A DNA stretch of 63,990 nt, filler included, from Barthelona sp. PAP020 (GCA_040182905.1; 6 parts of 6 records of this genome joined end to end with filler, not necessarily neighbours in it), one strand, 5' to 3'. Shown: positions 20,113 to 31,900, counted from the first letter of the whole stretch. Made by a program: numbers and translations. The notes: generated by a model from the sequence alone, not told the origin.

Positions 20113-22104
20113 ATGGATGTTTCTAATGGAAGACCGCCAACCTATCCACGATTTAACACCCCTTTTCAAACAAAAGATGAAACAGAAACCGAACCTATAA
20201 AATTAAATGAAATGACACATGATACATTTGAACAAATTATGAGAATAACTACACAATCGTTAAAATCGCAAGAATTATTATTATCTAGAGATGAAATGGA
20301 AGATATTATTTCTCCAGATAATTTGGTCGAATTGTTATTAAGCTCAGATTATTTGGGAAATGAATTATCTGTGCAACAGTTGTCTCATTACTTCTCATAT
20401 TTTAAATTGAATGAAAAAATTTTAAATACTTTACCTGAAAGACTTGTTGAAGAAATTTTAGTCACTTCTCCATTAACAGAATTAGTTAGTTCAGATTTTG
20501 TTAATGAATTTTGGTGGAAAATACTTTATGAGCGGCATTTTGGTGTTGCACCTACAATGGAAGATGAAGATTTAAATAAAAATATGGATAGTGATGCTAT
20601 ATTGAATGAAAAAGTAGCCACACTAAAATTAGAAGCGTCTCCACAAGCTTCGCCAACTATTCAAAAGTATTTGAAGAAAACAACCTCATCGAAAATAATA
20701 AAGAGGAAATCAGTATCTGTAAGTCCGTATAGTCGAATAAAAACTCCAAAGTTCGATAAATCAACTTCAAAAATTCAATTTAGACGAGGTTCCATGTCAC
20801 CTTTACAAAATGTTGCAAAGAGTACATCAAAAAATTTGTCTGATGGTCAATTTCAAAAAATTGAGTTAATTGGACATAAAAATAAGATTTCAAAATCAAT
20901 CACTTATAAGTCTGCGTATTTGACGACATTATTGCAATCAACTTTGCACTTGATGACTGTTGATGCAACTCCGTTTGAAATTCAAAACTTGTATGAACAC
21001 ATTCATGCAAGTGTTTTTGAATTAAAGCATTTGAGAGTTTCAAACCCAATTCCGTCAATGACAATGACTTTAACATGTCTAATAAGCATATATTTACCAA
21101 GACTTGAAATATTGGACATTTCTAAGAATCAATTGACCGGTGAAGAAATCGAACCCATTTTGCGAGTGTTACAACACACTAAGATCAAACATTTAAATAT
21201 AGGAAATAACTTATTGAGAACTGAAGGTGCCAATGCGTTGTCAACATTTTTATCAAAAGCCAAAAATTTGCAAATTCTGCATGCTGAACACAATGCCTTT
21301 GGTGCAGACGGAATTTCTTTACTTGTTGATGGAATTGAGAATAATCAATCCTTAAGGAAATTAGCATTGGGTTACAACCAAGCACGAACTCAGGGTGCAA
21401 AAAGTTTGGCCAAAGCTTTGCAGAAAAATAAAACTTTGACAGTTTTAGATTTCGGCACCAATTCTATTTGTGATGATGGCGCTGTAGCATTTGCTAATCT
21501 GCTTCGAGTCAATCGTTCTTTGTTAGTGTTAAGAATTTGGGACGCTTCAATGACACCATCTGGTGGAAACGTATTGGTTGATAGTATTGAATGTAATACA
21601 GTTATTCAAGATGTTGGAATTGGACATACGGCTTTAGATGAAGAACATAGAAAGAAATTAGCAAATTTGTTGCATAGAAATCAACTCACCCAAAATGCTA
21701 GCAGTCCTGATATCATGAGGTCTCCACGGAGACAATTAAAGGCATCTGATGATGAAAATACAAAATTAGCCAAAAGAAGACTTTATGAAAGAGAATTACT
21801 TTATGGTGCAGACACTGTTTATTCTGATGTTTGGTATATAATTGATGAAAAATGGTTGAGTGAATGGAGAAAGTTTTGTGCTCCAAATTCAACTTCGAAT
21901 CCTCCTGGTCCTATTTCAAATGATCGACTATTTTTAGATGATGATAATAAAGTAATTTCGCCAGGATTGAGAAAGTTATACGATTATAGGGGAGTCTGCC
22001 CACAGGTATTTAAAATATTCTATCAAATTTATGGGGGAGGTCCTCCAATTGTAAGACGATACATAGATATTTATTCAGATAAAATTGATCACTATATGAG
22101 CTAA
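20113..22104 (+). CDS. RNI-like leucine-rich-repeat protein with C-terminal DUSP domain
   Basis: 28-aa LRRs (LxxLxLxxNxLxxxGAxxLAxxL); WYIIDEKWLSEWRKF...PPGPISN...DYRGV...YGGGPPI is the DUSP signature. Start at 20113 or 20020. Confidence 0.85.
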   Translation: MDVSNGRPPTYPRFNTPFQTKDETETEPIKLNEMTHDTFEQIMRITTQSLKSQELLLSRDEMEDIISPDNLVELLLSSDYLGNELSVQQLSHYFSYFKLNEKILNTLPERLVEEILVTSPLTELVSSDFVNEFWWKILYERHFGVAPTMEDEDLNKNMDSDAILNEKVATLKLEASPQASPTIQKYLKKTTSSKIIKRKSVSVSPYSRIKTPKFDKSTSKIQFRRGSMSPLQNVAKSTSKNLSDGQFQKIELIGHKNKISKSITYKSAYLTTLLQSTLHLMTVDATPFEIQNLYEHIHASVFELKHLRVSNPIPSMTMTLTCLISIYLPRLEILDISKNQLTGEEIEPILRVLQHTKIKHLNIGNNLLRTEGANALSTFLSKAKNLQILHAEHNAFGADGISLLVDGIENNQSLRKLALGYNQARTQGAKSLAKALQKNKTLTVLDFGTNSICDDGAVAFANLLRVNRSLLVLRIWDASMTPSGGNVLVDSIECNTVIQDVGIGHTALDEEHRKKLANLLHRNQLTQNASSPDIMRSPRRQLKASDDENTKLAKRRLYERELLYGADTVYSDVWYIIDEKWLSEWRKFCAPNSTSNPPGPISNDRLFLDDDNKVISPGLRKLYDYRGVCPQVFKIFYQIYGGGPPIVRRYIDIYSDKIDHYMS

Positions 22105-22185
22105 TTTTAAAGTAAACATTGTAAATTAATTTTTTTGCCTCTTTTTTAATAAGTTGAAGAAGGATCACCATTACTTGAATGGCAA

Positions 22186-22497
22186 AATTATTTCCAAGCC
22201 AAGAAGCACAGTGTGTGGAGTGAATAAAAAATAATGGTGTTTATTTGGTTGATGGCTTTGGAAGCCCAATTGATCAGTTTAAACTTTTATTCTTCCTAGC
22301 TAGGTTAAACTTAAAAATTTTGCTTTTGCCAAATCCAAAAAAAAAACAGGGACAGGAAGTTGTTTCCCGAAGATAAAAACTGGATTCACACAATATAATT
22401 TAAGTTGGATTCCTCACACCCGTAGTTTTGGCTGAAATTTATTAAAGTCACTCTTGGGTTTGCTTTCTCTGCAAATAAATTTGTATCACCACTGGGG
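22186..22497 (+). repeat. Repeat family A, diverged copy
   Basis: Begins ATTTCCAAGCCAAGAAGCAC and is colinear with the copies at 33348, 33699, 41515 and 45462. Confidence 0.85.
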
Positions 22498-22701
22498 TGC
22501 ATCAATTCGAAAAAGGAGGTCTCAAAAAAAAACTAAATAACACCTTGAAAAAGATTTCTCATACTAGTCTACTTAATCTACTTATTTCATTTGGACAACG
22601 ACAAAATTAAAACAACGACTGATTGTTCTTTTATCATATTAAAAACATTTTCAAAAGATCAAATTTTACTTTAGCTTTTTTTAATTTCTTTTTTTCACAT
22701 A

Positions 22702-22820
22702 ATGGTTGTTAACACTGACATTGTATACCTTAGAAAGATAATTGAACTGAAAGAAAAGGAAGTTGACATTATTTTTGTTGCAAACTGGCGATCAAAGGGT
22801 AAGAATCGAATACCCAATCT
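22702..22820 (+). CDS. Possible 5' end of a gene truncated by the contig end
   Basis: ATG after a T-rich leader; MVVNTDIVYLRKIIELKEKEVDIIFVANWRSKGKNRIPN is open to the spacer. Confidence 0.45.
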
Positions 22821-22920
22821 NNNNNNNNNNNNNNNNNNNNNNNNNNNNNNNNNNNNNNNNNNNNTTAATTAATTAANNNNNNNNNNNNNNNNNNNNNNNN
22901 NNNNNNNNNNNNNNNNNNNN
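22821..22920. other. Artificial contig spacer
   Basis: N44-TTAATTAATTAA-N44. Confidence 0.98.
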
Positions 22921-22921
22921 A

Positions 22922-23407
22922 CATCTTTATTTCTTCACTGCTGAAGGTAAAAAGGAACGTGATAAAGTTTTTAGAGCTATCAGTTGGGAAACCGAGTCTG
23001 ACGAAGAAAATGTTAAAGAGAAAAAGTCAGTTGAAATGGAAGACGTTCCTGAAGTTCAACTCAAACCTTCAAAGAAAACTTCCAAGAAGAAAGAACCTGT
23101 TATTGAAGAGGAAGACAAAGTTGAAGAAAAAGTTGTTGAAACAAAGAAAGAAAAAAAACCTTCCAAAAAGAGTTCAAAAACTAAAAATAAACAATCTGAG
23201 AAGGAAATTATTGCCGAACCTGAAGTAGAAAAGGACAAAGAAGTTAAGAAAACCCCAAAATCCAAAAAATCTGAAAACACCTCTGAAACCAATAAAAAAG
23301 ACAAATCTACCACAAACAAGAAAGAGAAAAAAGCTTCGGTAACAAGAGAAGAAAAAAAAGATGAAAGTTCAAAATCAAAAAAAAAATCTAGAAAATCAAA
23401 CAATTGA
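22922..23407 (+). CDS. 3' end of a 5'-truncated gene: possible PH-domain end followed by a K/E-rich tail
   Basis: Frame is open from the contig start: HLYFFTAEGKKERDKVFRAI (PH-like last strand and helix), then charged low-complexity sequence. Confidence 0.65.
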   Translation, partial: HLYFFTAEGKKERDKVFRAISWETESDEENVKEKKSVEMEDVPEVQLKPSKKTSKKKEPVIEEEDKVEEKVVETKKEKKPSKKSSKTKNKQSEKEIIAEPEVEKDKEVKKTPKSKKSENTSETNKKDKSTTNKKEKKASVTREEKKDESSKSKKKSRKSNN

Positions 23408-23775
23408 GTGAATGGTGAATTATTTATCTTTGTAAACATGTTGCTTTAATTTTTTTTTGTAAAAATCTTTTTTTGCATTATTTTACTTAAAGTCGTTAAA
23501 GAATGTGTTTTTTGTGATGAGATTCTTCTGATAAATACTTTATGAATTTTTGGGAATGAATCTTTCCAAAAGTTATTATGGATTTTGTTTTGATAGTAGT
23601 TTTTTTGAAGTTTCTATTTTTCCAAAATTTGATTGTTTTGCAGTAACTAATAAAAATAATTACAATTGGCAAGGACTGTGAATCATTAGATTATTCATTT
23701 TAGCCATCCAAAAATAATTCTTTTTTTTACAATATTATTTTGCCATTTGATTTTATAATTGATTGATTTTTTTTG

Positions 23776-26094
23776 ATGTACAATAATTATCAATCAAATA
23801 ATTATCAAAATAATCCAAATATTGATTCAAAAACACAAAAATTTTCTTTTTCAAATAATGATACTAAAAATATCCAAATGAATTCACAAAATTCATCAAA
23901 TCAAACTTTTTGTGAAAATAATGGTAATTCGAATGCTTTTACAGATTCAAATAGTTCGTACCTTCATCGACAACCACTCTTTCAAAATAGATTGTATAAT
24001 AATCAACAATTTTCTCAAAAGCCAAAGATAAATCAACAAAATTACAATCAAGATCTATCACTCAATAATAATAAAAATTTATTACCCAATCATAATGGAA
24101 TGAATTTGAACAAGAGTCAAAACACCAATTATCTTCAAAAAAATGCACTGCAAGTTTTTTCAAGTTCAAATACATCCAATATTAAGCAAAAAACCACCCA
24201 ATATCAACCCATATCTAAGTATTCAAATCAAGATGAAATTGTTTTTGAAAAGATTATAGATACAAAGATAAGATCTGGTACACATTCACGCATTAATTCA
24301 GCAGAAGAAATGCCAAATATTGAAACAAATTCAACCTATTTGATGGTGAAACAACAAACCAAAAAAAACAGTTCAGATACAAAAATGCCTTCAATACAGC
24401 CCAAATCTGGAATGAATAGTCCGAAAGATGTGTCACCAAGCCAATCTCAAACACAACAACAAATCTTATTTGATTCAGAGGTCTTTTCGGATGAAGAATT
24501 TCAAGACGATGGTAAGAGAGATTCTTTGACTTTAAACGCATTTGAAGAATATCTGTCCAACAGTATACATATCAAGATTGAACGGAAGTTATGCATTTCA
24601 TTGTTAGATTATATTGTTGACGTTTTGTTACCGAATGTTGAGGGAAATATCAATGTTGATCGGATCAGCCTTACTGAATTTGATGAGATTACTAAAACAA
24701 TGATAGAAGAGTGTTGTTTTGAAAATGACAGTGTTCAAAAGTTTGATGAATATTTTATCGAAGAATTTACTAAGTTGGTTAATTTATTTCGAAAAGTTTG
24801 GAATAATTTGAATATTGTTTATCAAAAGGAGTTGTTTAAAGAGTACATTATCAATTCTTATTCATACATACTATCTAATATACGTTGGTTAAACGTCTAT
24901 GGTGAGATTAACAAGGATATTCTGTTAGATGTGGAAGTCATTGCAGATTTCAGGGATTTTGATGAGAAGCATGTTCTTGCGTTCTTTAATGAAGTAGATT
25001 CTATGCAAGTTAATTGTAATAGTAAGTCAATGATTGATTGTATCATCAAGATTCACAATTTTTTGGTCAAATCAATGGAATTGTTGGAAATAATGAGGGC
25101 TCATGCTGAAAGATTGAATGAGTTAGGTATGTTTGAGAGTTTAGACCATTCATATCCTTCCAAACATTTTGCTTGTTTTGAAACTAAGTTTTCTGATCTT
25201 TCAGAGAATATCACTGATCAATCTTCCTTTGTAAAAGAAATTAGCACAAAAATTAAAACTACTGCTGTTGAAATTTTGGAAAAAAGTATTCTTGACATCG
25301 AAATAATAAATAAATATGGGACCATTATGAATTTTGACGCATTACCAGCCAATGATAGCAACGATGCTGGTTTACATGGTTCGTTTTATGGACAAATTTC
25401 ATATGCAAATAGTGTTCCTGAGTTCCCACATGATTGGATGAAGGAATATCATGCAACCGTAGATTTAGCTTTTATACAATACAGGAAATTAAAAGCAAAG
25501 CTACATATTTGCCTTCGACTTGTCAATGAAGGATTTTCCAAATTTTTGCAATTTTTTGAAATGTTTGAGGACTATCAGAGAATCATTTATCCTATTCCCC
25601 ATCAACAAGTTGAAGATAGGCCAAATTGGAAGAAAATTCAAAAATTGCTAAAAGAGCAATTCCATCAGTTCATTCAACTCTATCGTCGAGAAATCACAGA
25701 AATGTTGAATGAAGGATCTACTTCCATCATTCAAGTTACTCGTTATATATGTTGCGAAATAGTTGCTGAAGTTGATATTCTTCATGCTGTCTTAAATAAT
25801 GGTGTTTCTGATTGGCCTTCATTCAGAAAAGAATTTAGTGACATTTTAAAGGAGTTAGGCGACGTAGAAGACATTAAACGAGAATTGAGAAGTTTATTGA
25901 GTTCAGTCAATCCAAATAAAAAATTTCAAATAAAGAACCTTTTCATTAAATGCTCAAAACAATACAGTTTTGTTCTTTCTCAAAGAATTTTGGCTTTTAA
26001 GAAACATCAAGGTTTAATCAAGTTATATTTGCAACAATATAATTATCAATATGATACTCTGCTTCAGTCATGTCAAGAGTATTTTGGTTTGTGA
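23776..26094 (+). CDS. Hypothetical protein with N/Q-rich disordered N-terminus and helical C-terminus
   Basis: Long ORF of ~772 aa; composition evidence only. Confidence 0.75.
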   Translation: MYNNYQSNNYQNNPNIDSKTQKFSFSNNDTKNIQMNSQNSSNQTFCENNGNSNAFTDSNSSYLHRQPLFQNRLYNNQQFSQKPKINQQNYNQDLSLNNNKNLLPNHNGMNLNKSQNTNYLQKNALQVFSSSNTSNIKQKTTQYQPISKYSNQDEIVFEKIIDTKIRSGTHSRINSAEEMPNIETNSTYLMVKQQTKKNSSDTKMPSIQPKSGMNSPKDVSPSQSQTQQQILFDSEVFSDEEFQDDGKRDSLTLNAFEEYLSNSIHIKIERKLCISLLDYIVDVLLPNVEGNINVDRISLTEFDEITKTMIEECCFENDSVQKFDEYFIEEFTKLVNLFRKVWNNLNIVYQKELFKEYIINSYSYILSNIRWLNVYGEINKDILLDVEVIADFRDFDEKHVLAFFNEVDSMQVNCNSKSMIDCIIKIHNFLVKSMELLEIMRAHAERLNELGMFESLDHSYPSKHFACFETKFSDLSENITDQSSFVKEISTKIKTTAVEILEKSILDIEIINKYGTIMNFDALPANDSNDAGLHGSFYGQISYANSVPEFPHDWMKEYHATVDLAFIQYRKLKAKLHICLRLVNEGFSKFLQFFEMFEDYQRIIYPIPHQQVEDRPNWKKIQKLLKEQFHQFIQLYRREITEMLNEGSTSIIQVTRYICCEIVAEVDILHAVLNNGVSDWPSFRKEFSDILKELGDVEDIKRELRSLLSSVNPNKKFQIKNLFIKCSKQYSFVLSQRILAFKKHQGLIKLYLQQYNYQYDTLLQSCQEYFGL

Positions 26095-26437
26095 ATATTT
26101 TCGTTTTTTTTTCATTTAGATCTTATAAATATTTTATATTTGATTTATTTTCAATTTATTATTGTTGATGATTATAATTTTCATTTACCAAATAAAACTT
26201 TGAAAAAATTGTGTTTTGTTATTTATCTTTTATTTTTTTGTTTGTATACTAAAGTGACACAATGATTGAAAAATTCGATATTTATCTTTAAAAAATAAAA
26301 TTTGCTCTCTGAGTTTTTTTTTCTTTTAAATACAATACATTTCTTACTATTTAAATTTAATTGAGAGAATAAAACTCTGAAAAAAAATAATTGTTTTTGA
26401 AAAATAATAAAACTCTTTTTTTTTTCATTTATATCAA

Positions 26438-26875
26438 ATGGTATTTTTCAGTTTATTTGCATTTTACTAATATTAGTCTGAAAACTCCAAGGTTTTTCCA
26501 TTAGCCAATGATAGATTAACTTCTGTCATTTTGGATTTGGTTCAAGAAATTGCAAATCATGATAAGAGAAGAAAAACACATTATCTTCGCAGAGGTGCTA
26601 ATGAAGCTACCAAATCTTTGAACAAAGGTAAACCTCAAATTGTTGTGATGGCTGCTGATACCGAACCTATTGAAATTGTTTTACATTTACCTCTTTTGTG
26701 TGAAGAAAAAGCTACTCTTTACATATATGTTCCTTCGAAAGCAGCTTTAGGACGTGCTGCAGGTGTTTCTAGACAAGTTATTGCTTTATCTATTGATAAT
26801 GATAATGATCCCAAGTTTCCTTTTGCAGATCAAGTTGATAATCTTAAGAATGCAATTGAAAACTTATTCCTTTGA
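26438..26875 (+). CDS. SNU13: Snu13/15.5K (L7Ae family); exon 1 = ATG 26438-26440, intron 26441-26476, exon 2 26477-26875
   Basis: KVFPLA...ILDLVQ...GANEATKSLNKG...MAADTEPIEIVLHLPLLCEEK...VPSKAALGRAAGVSR. Splicing the GT...AG intron removes an in-frame TAA and restores the conserved N-terminus. Confidence 0.9.
26441..26476 (+). other. 36-nt spliceosomal intron
   Basis: GTATTT...TACTAATATTAG directly after the ATG; contains an in-frame stop. Confidence 0.85.
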
Positions 26876-27026
26876 TTTTTAAATTTTTACATTTATTTTT
26901 ACTTGTTTTTTAGTAGTAGACCGGCAAAATCTCTTGTGTAAAGGGGTATAAATAACAAATGATTTTTTTTTTGAACTTTGAAAAAAAAAAAACTCAAACA
27001 TTTATGAAATGAGGATAAATAATGGA

Positions 27027-27701
27027 CTAGAAATCAAACTTTTGCTTGTTTTTATTTTTACTTTTATCAATTGCTTTTGGTTTGTATTGTTTATTTTGTT
27101 TCGTGCGATTTAATTTGTTTTTATCAGTTTTTCCCTGTTTTTCCAATTTTTTTGAATTATTTTTTCTAAAATCATTGTTTTTATCAGTTTTAGCTGTAAA
27201 TTTGGTATTTCCTTGTTTGTTTTGCAAGGATTTCAAATGTTTTTTATCAAATTTAACTCCTTCTTGTCGACGCATTTCTTGTCTTTTCACTATTTGTTCT
27301 TTATGTAAAGCTTCAGGTCTCATTGCATCATCTAATGCGGCTTTAAGCAAACTTTTTTGTCTCTTCAAAAAATACTCATCAGCTTCAGACATTTCAGCAT
27401 TACCCGAATCAAAAAAGGGGTCTTTTTCCAAATCATTCTCAAATTTGACCCCTGTACCATGAAATTTTAAAACTTCTTGCAGTTGTTCATCAGATAGAGA
27501 AGAATAATCCTCTTGTTCTTCTATTATTGGTTCTTTTTTCATTTTTAATTCTGTTTGGTTTGTTTTTAATTCTTTTGGTTTGGTTTTTGATTGTTTTTGA
27601 CGATTTTGATTGGGTTTTTGTTTCCAGTATTTTTTAGGTTGTCGATTCTTTGGTTTATTTGACCTTATTTTTTCTTTAACATTGTTATTATTCTCAGACA
27701 T
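27027..27701 (-). CDS. Lysine-rich protein, possibly a divergent EBP2 (rRNA processing)
   Basis: GVKF...DPFF...AEMSEADEYFLKRQKSLL...RQEMRRQEGVKFDKK loosely matches the EBP2 core (DYFAEMxKSDxHMxKxxxxL...RxxRxxKKFGK). Confidence 0.45.
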   Translation of the reverse strand: MSENNNNVKEKIRSNKPKNRQPKKYWKQKPNQNRQKQSKTKPKELKTNQTELKMKKEPIIEEQEDYSSLSDEQLQEVLKFHGTGVKFENDLEKDPFFDSGNAEMSEADEYFLKRQKSLLKAALDDAMRPEALHKEQIVKRQEMRRQEGVKFDKKHLKSLQNKQGNTKFTAKTDKNNDFRKNNSKKLEKQGKTDKNKLNRTKQNKQYKPKAIDKSKNKNKQKFDF

Positions 27702-28100
27702 CTGTGCAATTAAAAATTAAATAAAAAAGATGTTATTACTTTTCTACTTCATTTTCTTTTTCAAATTTAAGATTTTGAAGTTGATATCATTTCTCATTTT
27801 TGTTAGATTTATGCATTTTTGTGAAGTTATTCAGTTTTGGCTCTACTTCAGTGAAAAACAATAAAATTTTCATAAGTCACAATAACAAAACAACAGTGTA
27901 AAAACACTTTATAAAAAAAAAAAGAATTGAAAAAAGAACAATGAAAAGTGTAAGAAAACAAATTCAATAAAAATTCAGTGTTAAAAACAATTGGAAGAAA
28001 CATAAAATTTATAAAATTGACAACATTTATTGATAAAATTTATAAAATTTACATTTTCTTATTGTTATTTTTTATAACTTTTTTAACTTATTTTTAAAAT

Positions 28101-28652
28101 ATGGCAATTTCAAGAGATACTCATCACAAAAGAAAACTTTCTGGTGGAAGACGTATGGCATGGAGAGATAAGCGTCGTTATCAAAAGGGTCGTGCTCCTT
28201 CTATGACTAAGTTGATTACTTCCAAGGATCAAAAGCCTAGAATTCGTGTTGTCCGTACCAGAGGTGGCAATCAAAAGTTTCGTGCTCTTCGTCTTTCTAC
28301 TGGTAACTTTGCTTGGGGTTCTGAAAACTGCACCCGCAATGTCCGTATTATTCAAGTCGTCTTTAATGCTACCTCCAATGGTTTGGTTCGTACCAACACT
28401 TTGGTCAAGGGTTGCATTGTCCAATTAGATGCTACCAGTTATCGTGCTCATTTTGCCCAAAAATACGGTAATGAACTTAAACGTGATTCTGATTTTAAGA
28501 ATTTAAAGGTTCCTGCACCTATTGCTGAACAATTAGCTTCTGGACGTATTCTTGCTTGTATTTCTTCCAGACCTGGACAATGTGGACGTGCTGATGGTTA
28601 CATTTTAGAAGGTGATGAACTCCAATTCTATCAACGTCATCTTAAACACTAA
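28101..28652 (+). CDS. RPS8: 40S ribosomal protein S8 (eS8)
   Basis: MAISRDTHHKRKLSGG, VRTRGGNQKFRALRL, LVRTNTLVKG, ISSRPGQCGRADGYILEG. Confidence 0.98.
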   Translation: MAISRDTHHKRKLSGGRRMAWRDKRRYQKGRAPSMTKLITSKDQKPRIRVVRTRGGNQKFRALRLSTGNFAWGSENCTRNVRIIQVVFNATSNGLVRTNTLVKGCIVQLDATSYRAHFAQKYGNELKRDSDFKNLKVPAPIAEQLASGRILACISSRPGQCGRADGYILEGDELQFYQRHLKH

Positions 28653-28924
28653 GATAGTTTGGTTTTATTTTATTTTTAGTCTTTTGAATTTCTTACACAC
28701 AAATTTTTGTAAACATCTCCTTTTTTATTTTTTTCTGAAGGATACCTAGCAATTGTTCCTTTTCAATTGGTTTAATCAATATTTTTTTTTGGCAGAAAAG
28801 GTTTTTCTCAAAAATTTTATTGCTTCATGTTTTTTAATAAATGATTTGAAAGATTCAGGAACAATTTTTGTGTATTTTGAAGACAACAAAAAGAAAGTGA
28901 CAAGACTTTTTTTTTTTCTCTTGA

Positions 28925-31900
28925 ATGAATGAGATTATCGACGAAGCAACCATTTTATTACAAAAAATGGAGCAAATAATGGAACCAGTTATATATCTAC
29001 CGAAGCCACCACTGGAAATAATTGAGGATAATCTTTATTTATTAGATGAAGAGAGCGACGATGAATACTATGTGGATTCTGATGATTCTGCATCTAAAGA
29101 ATTTAAAAAAGATGTGGGAGTTCAGTATTCTGTTGGTTCTTTTCAATCAATTAAACCTGATGTTTTGAAAACAAAACCTAAGATTGTTGCTTATTTTTGT
29201 GCAGTAGTTGATCAAATTGTTGGTAATTTTGACTTCTCTGACCATTTGGTTGCATATAATTTGGAAACGAATATTCGAAATTGTGAACCAGTTAAATCAG
29301 AAAATGTTATGCCTGCTTCTTCTGTCACTAAGTCTTTGTCAAATGAAATTAATTTTACCATTCCTCTTGTGATTGTTTCACCTGTTTGTGAGGAGATCTT
29401 TGATAAAACAAGTGGTACTCGATACATTGTATTATTGGTAAATTCTGCTGAAAGAGGCTGTATTTGTTTGCAAGAATTTAATGCCACTCAATTGGTTAAT
29501 GGGTGGGATAATATTAGCAAGGACTTGAATGACAACCCACTGCATGTTCTTCCATTTATTGATGTTGAATCACCTCGTGATCCCAAAATTCAAGTATTTG
29601 GGAAATGGACATGTGGTTCAAAGAAAGATGTTGAGGCTTATGCAAGTAAATTTCGAAAATCGGCTAAAGAAGACGCAAAAGTAGTTTCTCCATGCTTACC
29701 TTTAATAAGCCAAGAAGAGACGTTGAATCAATACGAAATATTGAAGGAAGAAGTACCTGGAATCAATGAAATTAAAGATAACAGCACAAAAGTATCTCCT
29801 GATGATGATAGTGAAGTTGATGATGAGATGGTTACTGATGTGTCTGCTTCTATCCATTTTGTTGCTGAAGAAGCAAAAATTTCCAGCATTGACAATGATT
29901 TTGCTGAAGATGATGTTAGTGAGTTTAGTGATGCTGAAATGATAACAGACGCTTCTATGTCGAATCATAACACACGTGAATTAATGGCTGTTGAGGTTGA
30001 TGATTACATACAAAGTTTGTCAAATTCATCAAATTCTGAAAAAAGTGCTCATGATGATGATTTTGTTGTGTCTCCTGCTCCCATTTCCTTTTCAGCTCGT
30101 TCTGATGGCTTTACAAATGGTTTTATTTCATACTTAGATGAAGAACATACAAAATCTGTTGTGGATCGAAAGGGAGGTTTGGATATAAAAGAACATATTG
30201 ATTCGAGGACAAATGAAGGGCAAATTAACAATAGTGTGTCTTCAATTCCACAATTAAATGTTTCTGATATGGATTTAAGCAAGGAGGAAGAAACTGAAGA
30301 AGTTGAAGCAGAAGAAGAAGAAGAAGAAGAAGAAGAAGAAGAAGACAATGATAGTCTGCTAACGTCTGTAGAATCACATTTAAACCATGCCGACATCGTT
30401 GCTTCCACCAAATTGAAGCCTAGTTTGCCTGATAATTTTTCTGTCTCCACAGGAATGAACGAAGTTTCCTTTGATGAAGTTTACAGGAAAAATTCAGCAG
30501 AGTTGGAAAAAATTGAAGGGGAGAAAGAAGACCTCACAGAAAAAGTAGATATTGCTGTATCTTCAGATACAATTGATACAATGGATCTGATTGATGATGA
30601 AATGATTCCTGTTGAAGCAGGTGAAATAAACGCAAGTATCGAGAATTATTCAATTTCTACTTTGTCTCATGCAGTTATAGGGGATACGGATTTGGAAACA
30701 GATCCGGAAAAATCAAGACAAGAACAGGAACTTAAAGAGAAACTTATTGAAGATATTGAAACGGAAGTTGTTGAAGCAGAATCTCATGAAATCGAACAGA
30801 ACTTTGCTGAGATAATATCAAAGAAACATGAAGAAAATCAACCCATTTCTGATGTATCCTTGTCGGCATCTGCCTCTTTGACCAACATTATTTCACCTCT
30901 GCATGATAATGCAAAATCGTTGGACGATCTACTTAATTTTTGGGAATCTCCTAAAAAAACATTGGATGTTGAAGAAGATACAATTAGCGTTATTGAAAAC
31001 AGTGTTGATGTGTCTAAACCCCTTCAATCTGCACCTTTCAAACTTACTTTTCTGTTTTCTTCAATTCATATTCCTTCTTTAGTGTTTGAACATTTTCCCA
31101 CTACTTTTGAATGTTCTATTTCTTTTAAGGTTCCTTTTATAGAGTCTCAATTGGTTTGTAAACGTTTGATACGGTTAAATGAAAATCGTCATAATCAATA
31201 TCCCATCGAAATTGGGGCTGATGTATCTATTCCAATATTTTCATTGAATGACAAGGGTTTGATGGATTTTTTTTCGAAAGAATCATCTATTGTCATAAAG
31301 GTTGTGTTTTCTCGAGCTTCTGGGAAGGATCTATCATATTTCTGCACATATAATTTGAATTCGCTGGCAAAAGTGTACAATGATTTGTATAATGGGGATT
31401 TTGAAGAAAATTTGGAAAATTCTGCTGGAGGAATATTATCTCTTTTGTTTATTGACGATATTGAAAGAGATAAAACTGGATATTTGACAACTCGAGCATT
31501 TTTTGATGTTAAAAAGAGCGTTCCCTTGGAGATATTATCTGGTGAATGGACAAACATTAAATTACCTCAGAATGAACCTTCTTTGCCTTCAAATTCTTTC
31601 AATAATATCAATTCATCAAAAGAAGTGTCTTCCATTCCTTTCACTTCAGATTCAAATTTATTTTCACCTGATTTTGCTAAAAATTCTGTAATTTCAAATA
31701 CTTCATACGATTCTTCATTGTCAGACGAAGAAGAACAGTCTTTTTCTTCTCGTAGATCATCTTCCAGATTTGCTTTGAATGAAGATTCTTCTTTTTCTGA
31801 GAATTCATCATTATTCGATAATTCTACTGTTTCTGATCATCTTTTGAGACTTTCTAGTGATCTTGATAAGCATGATATTAATCAACTGAAGAGGAGAATG

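Noticed and set aside
23056..23439. Antisense F/L/S-rich ORFs (also 27046-27462, 30049-30450 and similar short track ORFs)
   Set aside because: They are shadows of K/E-rich coding sequence on the opposite strand, or short frames nested inside real genes.
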